Positions 10,521-19,859 of a DNA stretch of 64,000 bases are shown piece by piece. The notes under the pieces are model-generated. The model was not told where the DNA came from. It searched no databases and saw nothing but the letters and a program-made list of their open reading frames with translations. This DNA comes from Candidatus Latescibacterota bacterium (lineage in GTDB: Bacteria; Latescibacterota; UBA2968; GCA-2709665), in NCBI GenBank assembly GCA_963662665.2, contig CAXXJS010000020.1:1-64000 (forward strand), in the 5' to 3' direction. The position numbers and the translations under genes were made by a program. Every line of letters starts with the position of its first letter. Within the stretch, counting starts at the first letter, position 1.

Positions 10521-13151
10521 CTATCCGCCCGCGATCACGGCCTCCTGCGTGGAATGCTCCTGTAGGAGCGCAAGTTCGCCATTTTCCAGATCCACACGTA
10601 CCCGCGCCCCGTCGACAATATCGCCACCAATAAGCCCCCGGCCGATTTGCGTTTCCAGCTCACGCTGCAGGAACCGCTTCAGTGGACGCGCGCCGTAGAC
10701 CGGATCGAATCCCTCTCGCGCGGCAAATTCCCGTGCTGCATCGGTGAATTCCAGCTCGATTCGCCGGTCCTTCAGCCGCTTGCGGAGATCCGCGGTCAGC
10801 AGATCCACGATCTTTGCGATCTCGGCCTGCGTCAAACCCTTGAAAAGCACAATATCGTCGACGCGATTGAGAAACTCCGGCCGAAAATGCCGCCTCATCT
10901 CCGCCATGACCGCCTGGCGGGCTTCGTCGTAAATCTCCCCGCTCTCCGCCACGCGATCGACGACGTGGAAAGCACCGATATTCGATGTCATGATGATCAC
11001 GGCGTTCTTGAAGTCGACGGTTCTCCCCTGGCCGTCGGTCAATCGCCCGTCGTCGAGGATCTGCAACAACACGTTGAACGCGTCGTGGTGGGCCTTTTCG
11101 ATTTCGTCGAACAGGATCACCGAGTAGGGTTTCCGGCGCACCGCCTCGGTCAGCTGTCCCCCATCCTCGTACCCCACGTACCCGGGAGGCGCACCGACCA
11201 GCCGGGAAACCGAGTGCCGCTCCATGTATTCGCTCATGTCGATTCGCACCAAATTGTCCTCGGAGTCGAACAACGCCTCCGCCAGCGCTCTGGCCAACTC
11301 GGTTTTGCCGACACCCGTAGGACCCAGGAAGATGAACGAGCCGATGGGCCTGCGCGGGTCCCTGACCCCCGCCCGAGCCCGGATCACGGCATCGGCCACG
11401 AGCGACACGGCCTCGTCCTGACCCACGACTCGTCTATGCAGGATCTCGTCCAGCCGGAGGAGCTTTTCCCGCTCGCCTTCAACCAGACGCGTTACGGGAA
11501 TCCCGGTCCAGCGGGAGACGATCTCCGCGATCTCGTCCCCGGTCACCTCTTCCCGGAGCATCCGGCCATTCCCCGCCGACCGCTCCTCCTCCGCCTCCAG
11601 CAACTGCTCCAGTTCCGGCAGGCGGCCGTGACTCAACTCAGCCAACCGGTCCAGATCGTACTTCCGTTCCGCCTCTTCGATGTCTCGACGAACCGCTTCG
11701 ATCTGTTCGCGAAGGTTTCGAACAGTGTCTATCCCTTCCTTTTCGGATTCCCACTGGGCCCGCATCGCGCCGGCCTGCGACCTCAGTTCGGCCAGTTCCT
11801 TGCGGAGATCTTTCAGTCTCTGCGCGCTGCCCTGGTCCGATTCCTGCTTCAGTGCCGCCTCTTCGATTTCGAGTCTCATCACCCGGCGGGTGACTTCGTC
11901 CAGCCCCGCCGGCATGGAGTCGATCTCGGTGCGGATCATCGCGCAGGCCTCGTCGACGAGGTCGATTGCCTTATCTGGCAGAAACCGGTCCGATACGTAC
12001 CGGTTGGAAAGCACAGCTGCGCTCACCAGGGCGTTGTCCTGAATTCGTACACCGTGGTGCAACTCGTACCTTTCGCGAAGTCCCCGGAGAATCGAAATGG
12101 TATCCTCCACGGAAGGCGCATCCACTGTCACCGGCTGAAACCGCCGCTCCAGGGCGGCGTCCTTCTCAATGTACTTCCGGTATTCGTCCAGCGTTGTCGC
12201 CCCGATACAGTGCAGTTCTCCTCGCGCCAGCATCGGCTTGAGCATGTTTCCCGCGTCCGCGGACCCTTCCGTACGGCCGGCGCCCACGATATTGTGCACC
12301 TCGTCGATAAACAGCAGAATGCGACCCTCGCTTTGCGCGATCTCGTTCAGGACGGCCCTGAGGCGCTCCTCGAACTCGCCGCGGAATTTCGCGCCCGCCA
12401 GCAGCGCACCCAAATCGAGGGAAAAAACCTTCCGTTCCTTCATCCACTCGGGCACGTCCTCTTTCACGATCCGCTGGGCGAGTCCTTCCACGACGGCGGT
12501 CTTTCCAACACCGGGTTCCCCGATCAGGACCGGATTGTTTTTCGTCTTCCGGGACAGGATGCGCACGATCCTTCTGATTTCCGTGTCGCGACCGATCACC
12601 GGATCCAGTTTTCCGTCGCGGGCCTGCGCAACCAGGTCCACGCCGTACTTTTCCAGTACTTCGTATGCACCTTCGGGTTCGGGGCTGGTCACCCGCTGAT
12701 TGCCGCGGACTGCCGCCAGCGCATTCAGAAACCCTTCTCTTGTGGCCCCGGAATCCCCCAGAATTCGCCCCGAAAGCGTATCGGTCCCCTCGCCCAGCAA
12801 CGCCAGCGCCAGGTGTTCCACGGAAATGTATTCATCCTGCATTCGCGTTGCCTCTTCACCTGCGTTATGCAACAACTTCCGGAGGCGCGCGGTCACGTAC
12901 AATTTTCGGGGATCCGCCCCCCCTCCGGCCTGCCGGGGTCTCCGGTTGAGTTCCGCGCCCAGCAGTGATTTCAAAGCGTCCGCGTCGACGTCCATCCGCG
13001 CCAGAATTCTCGTGATAAGGCCATCGGGTTGCTCAAGCAGCGCCAGGAGCAGATGCTCGCCGTCCAACTCCGGATGCCCGTTTCGTGAAGCACTGGACTG
13101 TGCGTCCTGAAGCGCCTCCTGCATTTTCTGTGTGAGTCTGTTCATGTCCAT
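10521..13151 (-). CDS. clpB: ATP-dependent chaperone ClpB
   Basis: [16 protein letters not shown] and GPTGVGKT Walker A motifs, coiled-coil M domain, [16 protein letters not shown]; ATG at 13151 after AGGAGG. Confidence 0.98.
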   Translation of the reverse strand: MDMNRLTQKMQEALQDAQSSASRNGHPELDGEHLLLALLEQPDGLITRILARMDVDADALKSLLGAELNRRPRQAGGGADPRKLYVTARLRKLLHNAGEEATRMQDEYISVEHLALALLGEGTDTLSGRILGDSGATREGFLNALAAVRGNQRVTSPEPEGAYEVLEKYGVDLVAQARDGKLDPVIGRDTEIRRIVRILSRKTKNNPVLIGEPGVGKTAVVEGLAQRIVKEDVPEWMKERKVFSLDLGALLAGAKFRGEFEERLRAVLNEIAQSEGRILLFIDEVHNIVGAGRTEGSADAGNMLKPMLARGELHCIGATTLDEYRKYIEKDAALERRFQPVTVDAPSVEDTISILRGLRERYELHHGVRIQDNALVSAAVLSNRYVSDRFLPDKAIDLVDEACAMIRTEIDSMPAGLDEVTRRVMRLEIEEAALKQESDQGSAQRLKDLRKELAELRSQAGAMRAQWESEKEGIDTVRNLREQIEAVRRDIEEAERKYDLDRLAELSHGRLPELEQLLEAEEERSAGNGRMLREEVTGDEIAEIVSRWTGIPVTRLVEGEREKLLRLDEILHRRVVGQDEAVSLVADAVIRARAGVRDPRRPIGSFIFLGPTGVGKTELARALAEALFDSEDNLVRIDMSEYMERHSVSRLVGAPPGYVGYEDGGQLTEAVRRKPYSVILFDEIEKAHHDAFNVLLQILDDGRLTDGQGRTVDFKNAVIIMTSNIGAFHVVDRVAESGEIYDEARQAVMAEMRRHFRPEFLNRVDDIVLFKGLTQAEIAKIVDLLTADLRKRLKDRRIELEFTDAAREFAAREGFDPVYGARPLKRFLQRELETQIGRGLIGGDIVDGARVRVDLENGELALLQEHSTQEAVIAGG

Positions 13152-13366
13152 TTCGAACCTCCTCTTCGTTGTTTCCAGATTCCCCGACCGCACCAGGCGT
13201 GACACCCGAGGGTGTCGTCGTTCATTCGTTCATTGCATTTAATCGTCCGAAACGGCGAGCCGAGGCGGATTTCCACGAAACGGCCTTAGATGTTGAGAAC
13301 AGTTGGGCTGCCGTCTTTCTCATCCCGTCGCCCGATTCCTGGACAACCTCTCCACTTCCTTTGCAC

Positions 13367-13383
13367 TGCAATGTCCGTGCCAG
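13367..13383 (-). promoter_or_regulatory. Sigma-54 (-24/-12) promoter upstream of clpB
   Basis: Minus strand CTGGCACGGACATTGCA matches TGGCACG-N4-TTGC(A/T), about 215 nt upstream of clpB in the correct orientation. Confidence 0.7.
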
Positions 13384-13487
13384 CATTACAATTTGGATGA
13401 AGGATCTGAGCAAGAACGAACATACGAGCCGTGAAAAAAACGATGAGTGTTTCTATCACCCCGCGTCGCCGCCAGGGGGAAGCCACC

Positions 13488-13573
13488 TGATCAGCTCGCT
13501 AAAAAAGCCATTCGGGCTGCGGCCGGCCCTTCTGGTCGAATGACTGCAGAGCGACTTTTTCAACGGACTGCTA
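13488..13573 (-). mobile_element. MITE-like repeat family A, internally deleted copy
   Basis: 13544-13573 is the exact reverse complement of 53720-53749; the rest matches the other end of the 53720-53884 element. Confidence 0.75.
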
Positions 13574-13730
13574 ATGTTCTGTCCCAGAAATAAGTTGCCT
13601 GAATTCGGCCGTAGAGTCGCCCGTCTCGCAAGACGCCTCCGACCTGGACAGGTCGGTGAGCGAAGGCAACGTACTAAGACGGGATGAATCGGCGGCCGAA
13701 TGGTGAAGTATTTTTTGGGACAGAACACTA
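13572..13730 (+). mobile_element. MITE-like palindromic repeat family B, long copy
   Basis: Terminal inverted repeats TAATGTTCTGTCCCAGAAA / TTTTTGGGACAGAACACTA (17/19); nested internal IRs TTCGGCCG/CGGCCGAA, CCCGTCT/AGACGGG, CCGACCTG/CAGGTCGG. Confidence 0.75.
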
Positions 13731-13877
13731 AAGGGCGACGGACTCCCGGTGAATTTCCGGCGTCTGCAGGTATGGCACTTCCTGCAGTCTTCAATTGAGG
13801 TTGAATTCAGACCGGCGATCGCGTATCTTTGCGAATCGTCCGTACCCGGCCCTCCGTACCGTCCTGAGGAATAACCG

Positions 13878-14711
13878 ATGCATTCCGACTCCGATGCGCT
13901 TGCCGTGTTCACTACGGATCTCTTCTCCGGGAAAACGGCGCTTATTACCGGCGGCGGCCGGGGAATCGGCAGAAGAATCGCCCTCGCGTTCGCGCGGCTG
14001 GGAGCGCAAATTGTCATCGCCGGTCGGAGACCGAAACCTCTCACGTCAGTTGCGGCGGAAATTGCCGGTACCGGCGGGAGATGCCTGGCCCTGCCCGCCA
14101 ACATCCGGGAAATCGAACAGGTGGAAGACCTGGTCTCCAGCACACTGCGAGAATTCGGCGCCATCGACTTTCTGGTCAACAATGCCGGCGGCCAGTACCC
14201 CGCGCGCCCATCGGAGATTACCGATGGAGGCTGGCGTGCGGTCGTGGATCTCAACCTGAATGGCACCTGGAACATGTGCAGCCGCATCGGTCCGCACATG
14301 GCCGGAAACGGATACGGTTCCATCGTTAACATCGTCCATATCTACGCACTCGGGCGTGGCGCGCCGCCTTTTGCCCATTCTGGCGCCGCGCGGGCAGGCG
14401 TGGTCAACCTCACCAAAACCCTGGGCTACCATTATGCCGGCCGCAATGTGAGTGTCAACGCCGTTGCACCCGGCTTTGTGGACACCTCCGGCCTCCGGGA
14501 ACACGAATTCCAGCCACTTCAGCGGGCGGACTTCGAATCCACGGCACTCCACGATGTCCCGGCCGGCCGGTTCGCGGATCCGGACGAAATTGCAGCGATC
14601 ACGGTCTTCCTCTGTTCACCGGCGGCGGCATACATCACCGGTACGACGATCGTCGCCGACGGCGCACTGTCCCTCGGCAACTGGACGCCCTGGATGGATC
14701 CTGAGTCCTAG
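13878..14711 (+). CDS. SDR family oxidoreductase (peroxisomal-type enoyl/dienoyl-CoA reductase-like)
   Basis: TGGGRGIG, VNNAGGQY, NLNGTW, AHSGAARAGV, NAVAPG, YITG..I..DG. Confidence 0.9.
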   Translation: MHSDSDALAVFTTDLFSGKTALITGGGRGIGRRIALAFARLGAQIVIAGRRPKPLTSVAAEIAGTGGRCLALPANIREIEQVEDLVSSTLREFGAIDFLVNNAGGQYPARPSEITDGGWRAVVDLNLNGTWNMCSRIGPHMAGNGYGSIVNIVHIYALGRGAPPFAHSGAARAGVVNLTKTLGYHYAGRNVSVNAVAPGFVDTSGLREHEFQPLQRADFESTALHDVPAGRFADPDEIAAITVFLCSPAAAYITGTTIVADGALSLGNWTPWMDPES

Positions 14712-14804
14712 TGTCCCTTCCCGGAAATACCCAATCATCCTCCCGCCGATCCATCCCGTCTCGACGGCCGAATTCTGGCAACCTGTTTCCGGGAAAGAAC
14801 ACTG
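14709..14804 (-). mobile_element. MITE-like repeat family B, internally deleted copy starting at the SDR stop codon
   Basis: TAGTGTCCCTTCCCGGAAATA...TGTTTCCGGGAAAGAACACTG; CCGCCGATCCATCCCGTCT and ACGGCCGAATTCTGGCAAC align with the reverse complement of 13572-13730. Confidence 0.7.
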
Positions 14805-14818
14805 GCAGTTACCTGGAC

Positions 14819-14861
14819 AACAAACGAAGAGGCCGGGAAACCGCCGGCCTCTTCGTTTGTT
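14819..14861. terminator. Probable bidirectional terminator between convergent genes
   Basis: AACAAACGAAGAGGCCGG-GAAACCG-CCGGCCTCTTCGTTTGTT, perfect 18-bp stem. Confidence 0.75.
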
Positions 14862-14876
14862 CGACCTCGCAAGGAT

Positions 14877-14919
14877 AAAATATGCCATTTTGTCATAATA
14901 TGCCAAAATAGCGTATTTT
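14877..14919. repeat. AT-rich 43-bp imperfect palindrome
   Basis: AAAATATGCCATTTTGTCATA-A-TATGCCAAAATAGCGTATTTT, arms match 18/21. Confidence 0.7.
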
Positions 14920-14963
14920 CACGGCGATCCGCGCGACCTTCGTCTACCCTCCGTAAGCAGACT

Positions 14964-15770
14964 TCAATACCCGATCCGACGCAAAAACGTATGTGTCTTC
15001 CCGCTTCGCCTGGCCTCGCTGACCGGGTCATCCGCGCCCGGTACGGGGTTTCCCGGACAGCTGGTAACCCATCGGGTGAACCCGATCTCCACCAGCGCCT
15101 TTCGAATCGCCGCGAAATCCAGGTCTGCCCCTTCGCCAACGTCGCACCAGACCGGATCGTAACGACCGTTTTCATCCCGTGCGGTGGATGTATAGTCCTG
15201 AAGGTGCATGTAGTTCAACCGGCTCCGGAAGTCCCAGATGGATTCGACTGGATCATATCCCCAGAGTTTCGCGTGAGAGACGTCGATGCACATTTTCGCC
15301 TTCCGAAGCCGCGCCGAGTAGAATTTCCAGTCTGCCGCGGAATCCACGAGCGTATTGGTGTGTATGTGATAGCTGATTTCCAGACCCTGCGTCTCCGCGT
15401 ATTCCGCCCACGCTTCCGCGCCTTCGGCCGCCGCCGTCAGGTCATCCTCGGTCACGGGTCGACCGGCCGGTTTGCCGCCGCTCATAAACATGAAACAATC
15501 TGCCCCCACTTCCGCGGCGAATTCCATGCGGCGTTTATTGCGTTCCACGTGCGCCCAGTCCCTCACGTCGGGTGATCCACTGGCGGTATACACCGCCATC
15601 GGCAATCCGGCGTTTTCGCACACCCGCCGCAGCCTGGAGGGGGACCCCAGCCAGTCCGCCGGCATCCGCCCCTCCCATCCGTCCCATCCGGCCTCTTTCA
15701 ACGCTTCCAGGGCCGGTTCCAGATCCGGCTCCCGCCACCTGAGCGTACTGTATCCCAGCTTGAATTCCAT
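14964..15770 (-). CDS. Sugar phosphate isomerase/epimerase (AP_endonuc_2 TIM barrel, IolE-like)
   Basis: GWDGWE, SYHIH, CIDVSH, YMHLQD, GEG.DLDF.AI. Confidence 0.85.
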   Translation of the reverse strand: MEFKLGYSTLRWREPDLEPALEALKEAGWDGWEGRMPADWLGSPSRLRRVCENAGLPMAVYTASGSPDVRDWAHVERNKRRMEFAAEVGADCFMFMSGGKPAGRPVTEDDLTAAAEGAEAWAEYAETQGLEISYHIHTNTLVDSAADWKFYSARLRKAKMCIDVSHAKLWGYDPVESIWDFRSRLNYMHLQDYTSTARDENGRYDPVWCDVGEGADLDFAAIRKALVEIGFTRWVTSCPGNPVPGADDPVSEARRSGKTHTFLRRIGY

Positions 15771-15809
15771 GTGTCCCTCCGTGTGGATGTAACTGAGGTC
15801 AGCACCGGG

Positions 15810-18302
15810 TTAGCGCATCCGCCGCCTCAACGCCTCCTGGGCCTGGCGAAACAGTGCAATCAGCCTTGCGCGCGTGTTCTCGTCGCGGAATACGCCGATT
15901 TTCTCCGCCCATGCGATGCCGCCCTCCATGTGGGTCAATAGATATTCGGCCTCAGTGGGTTCAAACGCGCATCGCTTTCCCACGTCGATGTAAACCGGCG
16001 ATGAATGGGCCATCACCGGACCCGCGTCGGTTGCGTACTCGCCCCAGCACCTGGCCGCCACCCAGCAAGACTTTTCTACGTTCATGTCCAATTTTAGAGC
16101 CACCGTCCGGCGGTCGCCGGACGCATCCTGCCTGGCTACACGCTTTCCGTTGACGATCAGTTCCACCGCGGTGAGAGGCCAGACGCTCTCGGCATTGGCC
16201 ACCGCCTCCACGGTGCCTCCGTTACCCGGAAGGCCGATCTGCTGTCCCATCGGAACGCCGTCGACGCGCAGATCAATCATGGCGCCGGTACTGGCGAATG
16301 TCGTCCCTCGCTTTACAGCTTTACACCAATTATCAAACGTAAACGATTCCCCGCGTTCAAGTTTCGCATAAGTTCTGGAGCCGCCCAGGATGCGATCGTT
16401 CGACATCTTATCCGTTCCGCCCACAATGGGAAGCATCTGACCCGTGTTCAACCAGCGGTAGTACCCGCGTTCTCCGGCACCGATCCGTTCTCCCTGCCAG
16501 ATCCAGCACATTTCCGTGGCGTCGACCTGGCCAAGCACGATATTGGCGGCATTCTCGAAGTCCGGCGTGGGCATATGCGGCATAATCACAAGTCCGCCCT
16601 GCCGCCGGCAGGCGTCGGCCCAATCCGCCATCAGGGTCTGGATCTCACCGCCAATCCAATCCTCCTGTGGGCCTCCGGTACACATTGGCGCCACCATTTC
16701 CTTCAGACCCAGCAGGCTGATGTGACCGAGCACATGCTGCCGGTTTTCCTGACTCACCCAAATCTTGTGGTACTCGCTGCTGGTTGGCGCCAGGCCTCCC
16801 GTAAATTCCTCCCAACTGGTAAACAGGCGTCCCCACTGGCTGGCGAGAAGGTTTACCACGTTCAGGTCTTCGCCTGCCGCCTCGAGATGGGCGGATTGCG
16901 ACGACAGAAAATGCACGTGGGTGTCGCCGGAATAGAAACCCCGTTCTTTCATGTCAAATGCACGTTCGATTTCCAGTGAGAGTTCCCGCTGACCCGGTTT
17001 GATTTCCACCAGCTTCCGGACGGGAACATACTCGAATCCACGCGCCGCCTCCACGTAAACCGGTCCCACCGGCAGTTCGACCTGGCAGGTACCGTCAACG
17101 TACGCGTACGGGGTGCCATGCACCTTGCAGTCGCCACCCATATCCTCGAACCAGGCGGTATTCACGTTGGCCTGATGGCCGTGCGGCGCGAAATAAGCGC
17201 CTTGAGGAGATCGGAAGTGGATCCGGCATCCAACCGGCCGGCCGGCTTCGGCGTCATTCACCCTTACATGCACCCACTGCTTGCCCGCGGGCGCGACCAG
17301 GTCAACACGAGTGCCGCCGCACTTTGCGGTTTTGCGCTTCAGTACGTCCCCCCATCTGAACGTCGCGTCCGATGCACCGCACCGCAACTTCAGCCTGCCT
17401 TCCGGGGAACCGTGAATCTCGAGATAACGCCCCTCCCGGACCTCATGTCCGCCCGCGCCCCATCCGGCCTCATCGGTTTCCAGATAATCTTCGCCGGGCA
17501 CGTAGAGGCGGTCCTGGCGCGCGATAACGCCTCGGTCCATTTCTGCCGAGATCTCTTCTCCGCTCTCGGTCGAAACGACGACCTCGCTGCGCGGATGCCA
17601 CGCGAGCGGGTCGTTTCGTTCCTGGCAGAGGGTAATTCCGCCCAGAGCCAGTGCGGCTTCACCGGACGCCACGATCTCAATTGTACGAATGGTCTCCTCC
17701 GGAAACGGATTGACCCAGTCGTACAGCCACCAACCCGTCAGATCGCTGCTTGCAGACCTGACACCCACCTGAGCCGTGCCATACGCCACGGTCCGGTCGT
17801 CCAGAGCCACAGGGAGAAACTCGCTGCAATTCCGGCAGAGGAAGGGGTGATGGCCCCACGGAACGAAAAGGTCGTGAATCTCGAACCTCCGCCTGAGTTC
17901 CTGTTCGACGCCCTGTCCCGAGTCGTAGCCGATCCGGTAGCTGCCAACGACTTCACCGGCCCCTTCAAGACTCGAGGCGGCGCCATTCACCGGCGTACAT
18001 ACATGGGCGAACACCATCCGCCGCGCCGTCCGGCCGATTGAAATCGAAACGGACCCGGCGACCCGTTCATCCTGCCGCCCCGAGACCGCGACAAACGCCG
18101 GCACAGAGGGACTCTCTCCGCGGTCGGCCAGCGCGAACGGAACGCCCCAGAATCGGGTGGCGCCGCCGGGAAGACTGTCCAGCCCGCTGAGCCCCGGCCT
18201 TCCCGGCGCGGCGGGCCAAAGGTAACCATCGGTGGTCTCGATATTCTCTGTTCCGGCGTTCAGATACGCCTGCAGATCCAGTGGTTGAAACACGCCCGGC
18301 AT
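15810..18302 (-). CDS. CehA/McbA family metallohydrolase (PHP-like domain), paralogue 1
   Basis: RGFEY.P, SGDTHVH, ENRQHVLGHI, PHMP, GGTDKMS, RTY, AHSSPVY; ATG at 18302 after AGGAG. Confidence 0.8.
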   Translation of the reverse strand: MPGVFQPLDLQAYLNAGTENIETTDGYLWPAAPGRPGLSGLDSLPGGATRFWGVPFALADRGESPSVPAFVAVSGRQDERVAGSVSISIGRTARRMVFAHVCTPVNGAASSLEGAGEVVGSYRIGYDSGQGVEQELRRRFEIHDLFVPWGHHPFLCRNCSEFLPVALDDRTVAYGTAQVGVRSASSDLTGWWLYDWVNPFPEETIRTIEIVASGEAALALGGITLCQERNDPLAWHPRSEVVVSTESGEEISAEMDRGVIARQDRLYVPGEDYLETDEAGWGAGGHEVREGRYLEIHGSPEGRLKLRCGASDATFRWGDVLKRKTAKCGGTRVDLVAPAGKQWVHVRVNDAEAGRPVGCRIHFRSPQGAYFAPHGHQANVNTAWFEDMGGDCKVHGTPYAYVDGTCQVELPVGPVYVEAARGFEYVPVRKLVEIKPGQRELSLEIERAFDMKERGFYSGDTHVHFLSSQSAHLEAAGEDLNVVNLLASQWGRLFTSWEEFTGGLAPTSSEYHKIWVSQENRQHVLGHISLLGLKEMVAPMCTGGPQEDWIGGEIQTLMADWADACRRQGGLVIMPHMPTPDFENAANIVLGQVDATEMCWIWQGERIGAGERGYYRWLNTGQMLPIVGGTDKMSNDRILGGSRTYAKLERGESFTFDNWCKAVKRGTTFASTGAMIDLRVDGVPMGQQIGLPGNGGTVEAVANAESVWPLTAVELIVNGKRVARQDASGDRRTVALKLDMNVEKSCWVAARCWGEYATDAGPVMAHSSPVYIDVGKRCAFEPTEAEYLLTHMEGGIAWAEKIGVFRDENTRARLIALFRQAQEALRRRMR

Positions 18303-18420
18303 ATGCAAACCGCTCCTGTCCTGTGTGATGTGTCTGAATAAATGGTTATCGCCCTGGTACCGTCCATACGTGGAAACGGTCATTGCCGGCGTGTATGGCC
18401 TGCGCAGACATGGAAACCCG

Positions 18421-18449
18421 TTGACGGCCGAGGGCTTTCTCCGTACTCT
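18421..18449 (+). promoter_or_regulatory. Putative sigma-70 promoter for the amidohydrolase gene
   Basis: TTGACG-N17-TACTCT; a perfect 11-bp hairpin (GTGCGTGCGTG/CACGCACGCAC, 18492-18519) follows in the leader. Confidence 0.45.
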
Positions 18450-18545
18450 TGTGTTCGTACCGAAAATGTGTGGCCATTCATCCGCCTGCCTGTGCGTGCG
18501 TGAGAAAACACGCACGCACGAGCCGTTTCACGAGGGACACAGCCA

Positions 18546-19286
18546 ATGATCATCGACAGCCACGTACATCTCAGACACGGTAACGCCGAGCGTACGGAAT
18601 ATACCGCCCGCCAGATCGTAGAATCCATGGATGGCGCAGGCGTGGATAAATCGGTCGTCTTTGCCATATGCACCACCACGTTTGACGCCGTTTCGCGGGC
18701 TCGAACCGCACACGAACTGTATCCGGACCGTCTCATTCCTTATGCGTACGCGCTGCCCAACGCCGAACGGTCGATTATCGGATGCATCGAAGAAGCCGTC
18801 ACCCGCCTGGACTTCAAGGGGATCAAGATACACGCCGGCGAATGCACCCTCGCGGAATACGTGTCGGACCCCATACTGAAACTGGCCGGCGCACATGGCG
18901 TGCCCTGCCTCATCGATTTCACCGGCCGTCACGCCGACCTCGAACGCATCGCCCGCTCCTTCCCCGATACCCCGATCATTGTCGCTCAAATGGGCCGTTA
19001 CCTGTGCACCGACCGGACGCTCATCGATCGGTTTATCCATATCGCCGAAAATCACAGTAACGTCTATATGGACATCAGCGGCGTCGTTCTGATCTGGAAA
19101 ATCCCCGAGGCCGTGGCGCGCCTGGGCCCCGAACGCATCATCTGGGGCACCGACGGCCCCTACCCCACACCCGACCTGGCAACCTATATCCGCACCGATA
19201 TCGAAAAGGTCAGGGCTTCCGGCATCACCGGGACCGAACTGTCGGCAACACTCTCCGGAAACATCGCCCGCCTGTTAGATCTCTGA
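18546..19286 (+). CDS. Amidohydrolase_2 family protein
   Basis: MIIDSHVH, FKGIKIH, NVYMDISG, RIIWGTDGPY, GNIARLL. Confidence 0.88.
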   Translation: MIIDSHVHLRHGNAERTEYTARQIVESMDGAGVDKSVVFAICTTTFDAVSRARTAHELYPDRLIPYAYALPNAERSIIGCIEEAVTRLDFKGIKIHAGECTLAEYVSDPILKLAGAHGVPCLIDFTGRHADLERIARSFPDTPIIVAQMGRYLCTDRTLIDRFIHIAENHSNVYMDISGVVLIWKIPEAVARLGPERIIWGTDGPYPTPDLATYIRTDIEKVRASGITGTELSATLSGNIARLLDL

Positions 19287-19473
19287 CGCGTAAGGCCTGC
19301 ATCAGAAGTATAACAAGAGTCGGCGAACAAATAAGTTACGCACGAAAGACGTACCGGAAGTCGACCGACGGACCAGCAAACAGACGGGGTAACGTCACAG
19401 TCCTGCCATCCCCTTTTCGGTCGCGACCCCTGGATGGAAACGTCGAATTTTACTGACTTCACGACGCTTTTTC

Positions 19474-19501
19474 TTGACAAATATACCCGTTTATATATTT
19501 T
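19474..19501 (+). promoter_or_regulatory. Sigma-70 promoter for the riboswitch-asd transcript
   Basis: TTGACA-N16-TATTTT immediately upstream of the riboswitch 5' end. Confidence 0.6.
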
Positions 19502-19510
19502 TCTTCCGCT

Positions 19511-19693
19511 GCAAGGGTAGAGGCGCGGGTTTGCATCAGTAACCGGCAGTGGACGGCGGACCCACGACTGCCGGACGAAAGGGTGAACCTGCCGAAGCCC
19601 GGTACTCCCGCCGCCGGGATGCACGGGCTGGGCCGCTGGATAAAATCCAGTGGACTGTCACGGGAAAAAGCGTCCCGTGGAGCGCTCTCTTGT
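19511..19693 (+). ncRNA. Lysine riboswitch (L-box) aptamer
   Basis: Hallmarks in order: AGAGGCGC, AGTA, GAAAGGG, GCCGAA, TGGG, GACTGTC, GGAGCGCT; P1 GCAAGGG..AG/CTCTCTTGT; lies upstream of asd. Confidence 0.88.
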
Positions 19694-19714
19694 GATGTGG
19701 CGCGTCTCGGTCGT

Positions 19715-19755
19715 AGCCGGCGATGTCTCCATCCTTGGACATGCCGGCTGTTTTT
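19715..19755 (+). terminator. Attenuator terminator of the riboswitch expression platform
   Basis: AGCCGGC(G)ATGTC..GACATGCCGGCT stem followed by GTTTTT, between the aptamer and the asd start. Confidence 0.7.
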
Positions 19756-19859
19756 GTGGCGCCTGTCCAGGCAGGAACACAGAACGCGGATCTCCGGAAC
19801 GGAACGATCGTCGATACCGCGGCGTGCTGATGACAACTCTCTCTCGGAAGGAACGGACT

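Noticed and set aside
10647-12968. 773-aa plus-strand ORF antisense to clpB
   Set aside because: Antisense shadow of a conserved GC-rich gene; no recognisable motifs.
13361-13385. Possible CIRCE element (GCAC...GTGC) upstream of clpB
   Set aside because: Only 10 nt separate GCAC and GTGC versus 13 in CIRCE; the sigma-54 consensus fits better.
13773-13787. TGGCACTTCCTGCAG upstream of the SDR as a sigma-54 promoter
   Set aside because: GG-to-GC spacing is 8 nt, not the required 10.
14877-14919. Palindrome as a XerCD dif site
   Set aside because: The centre is 1 nt, not 6, and there is no TTATGTTAAAT arm.
19650-19859. Long N-terminal extension of Asd in the ORF track
   Set aside because: It overlaps the riboswitch and attenuator; the Asd-like sequence starts at 19860.
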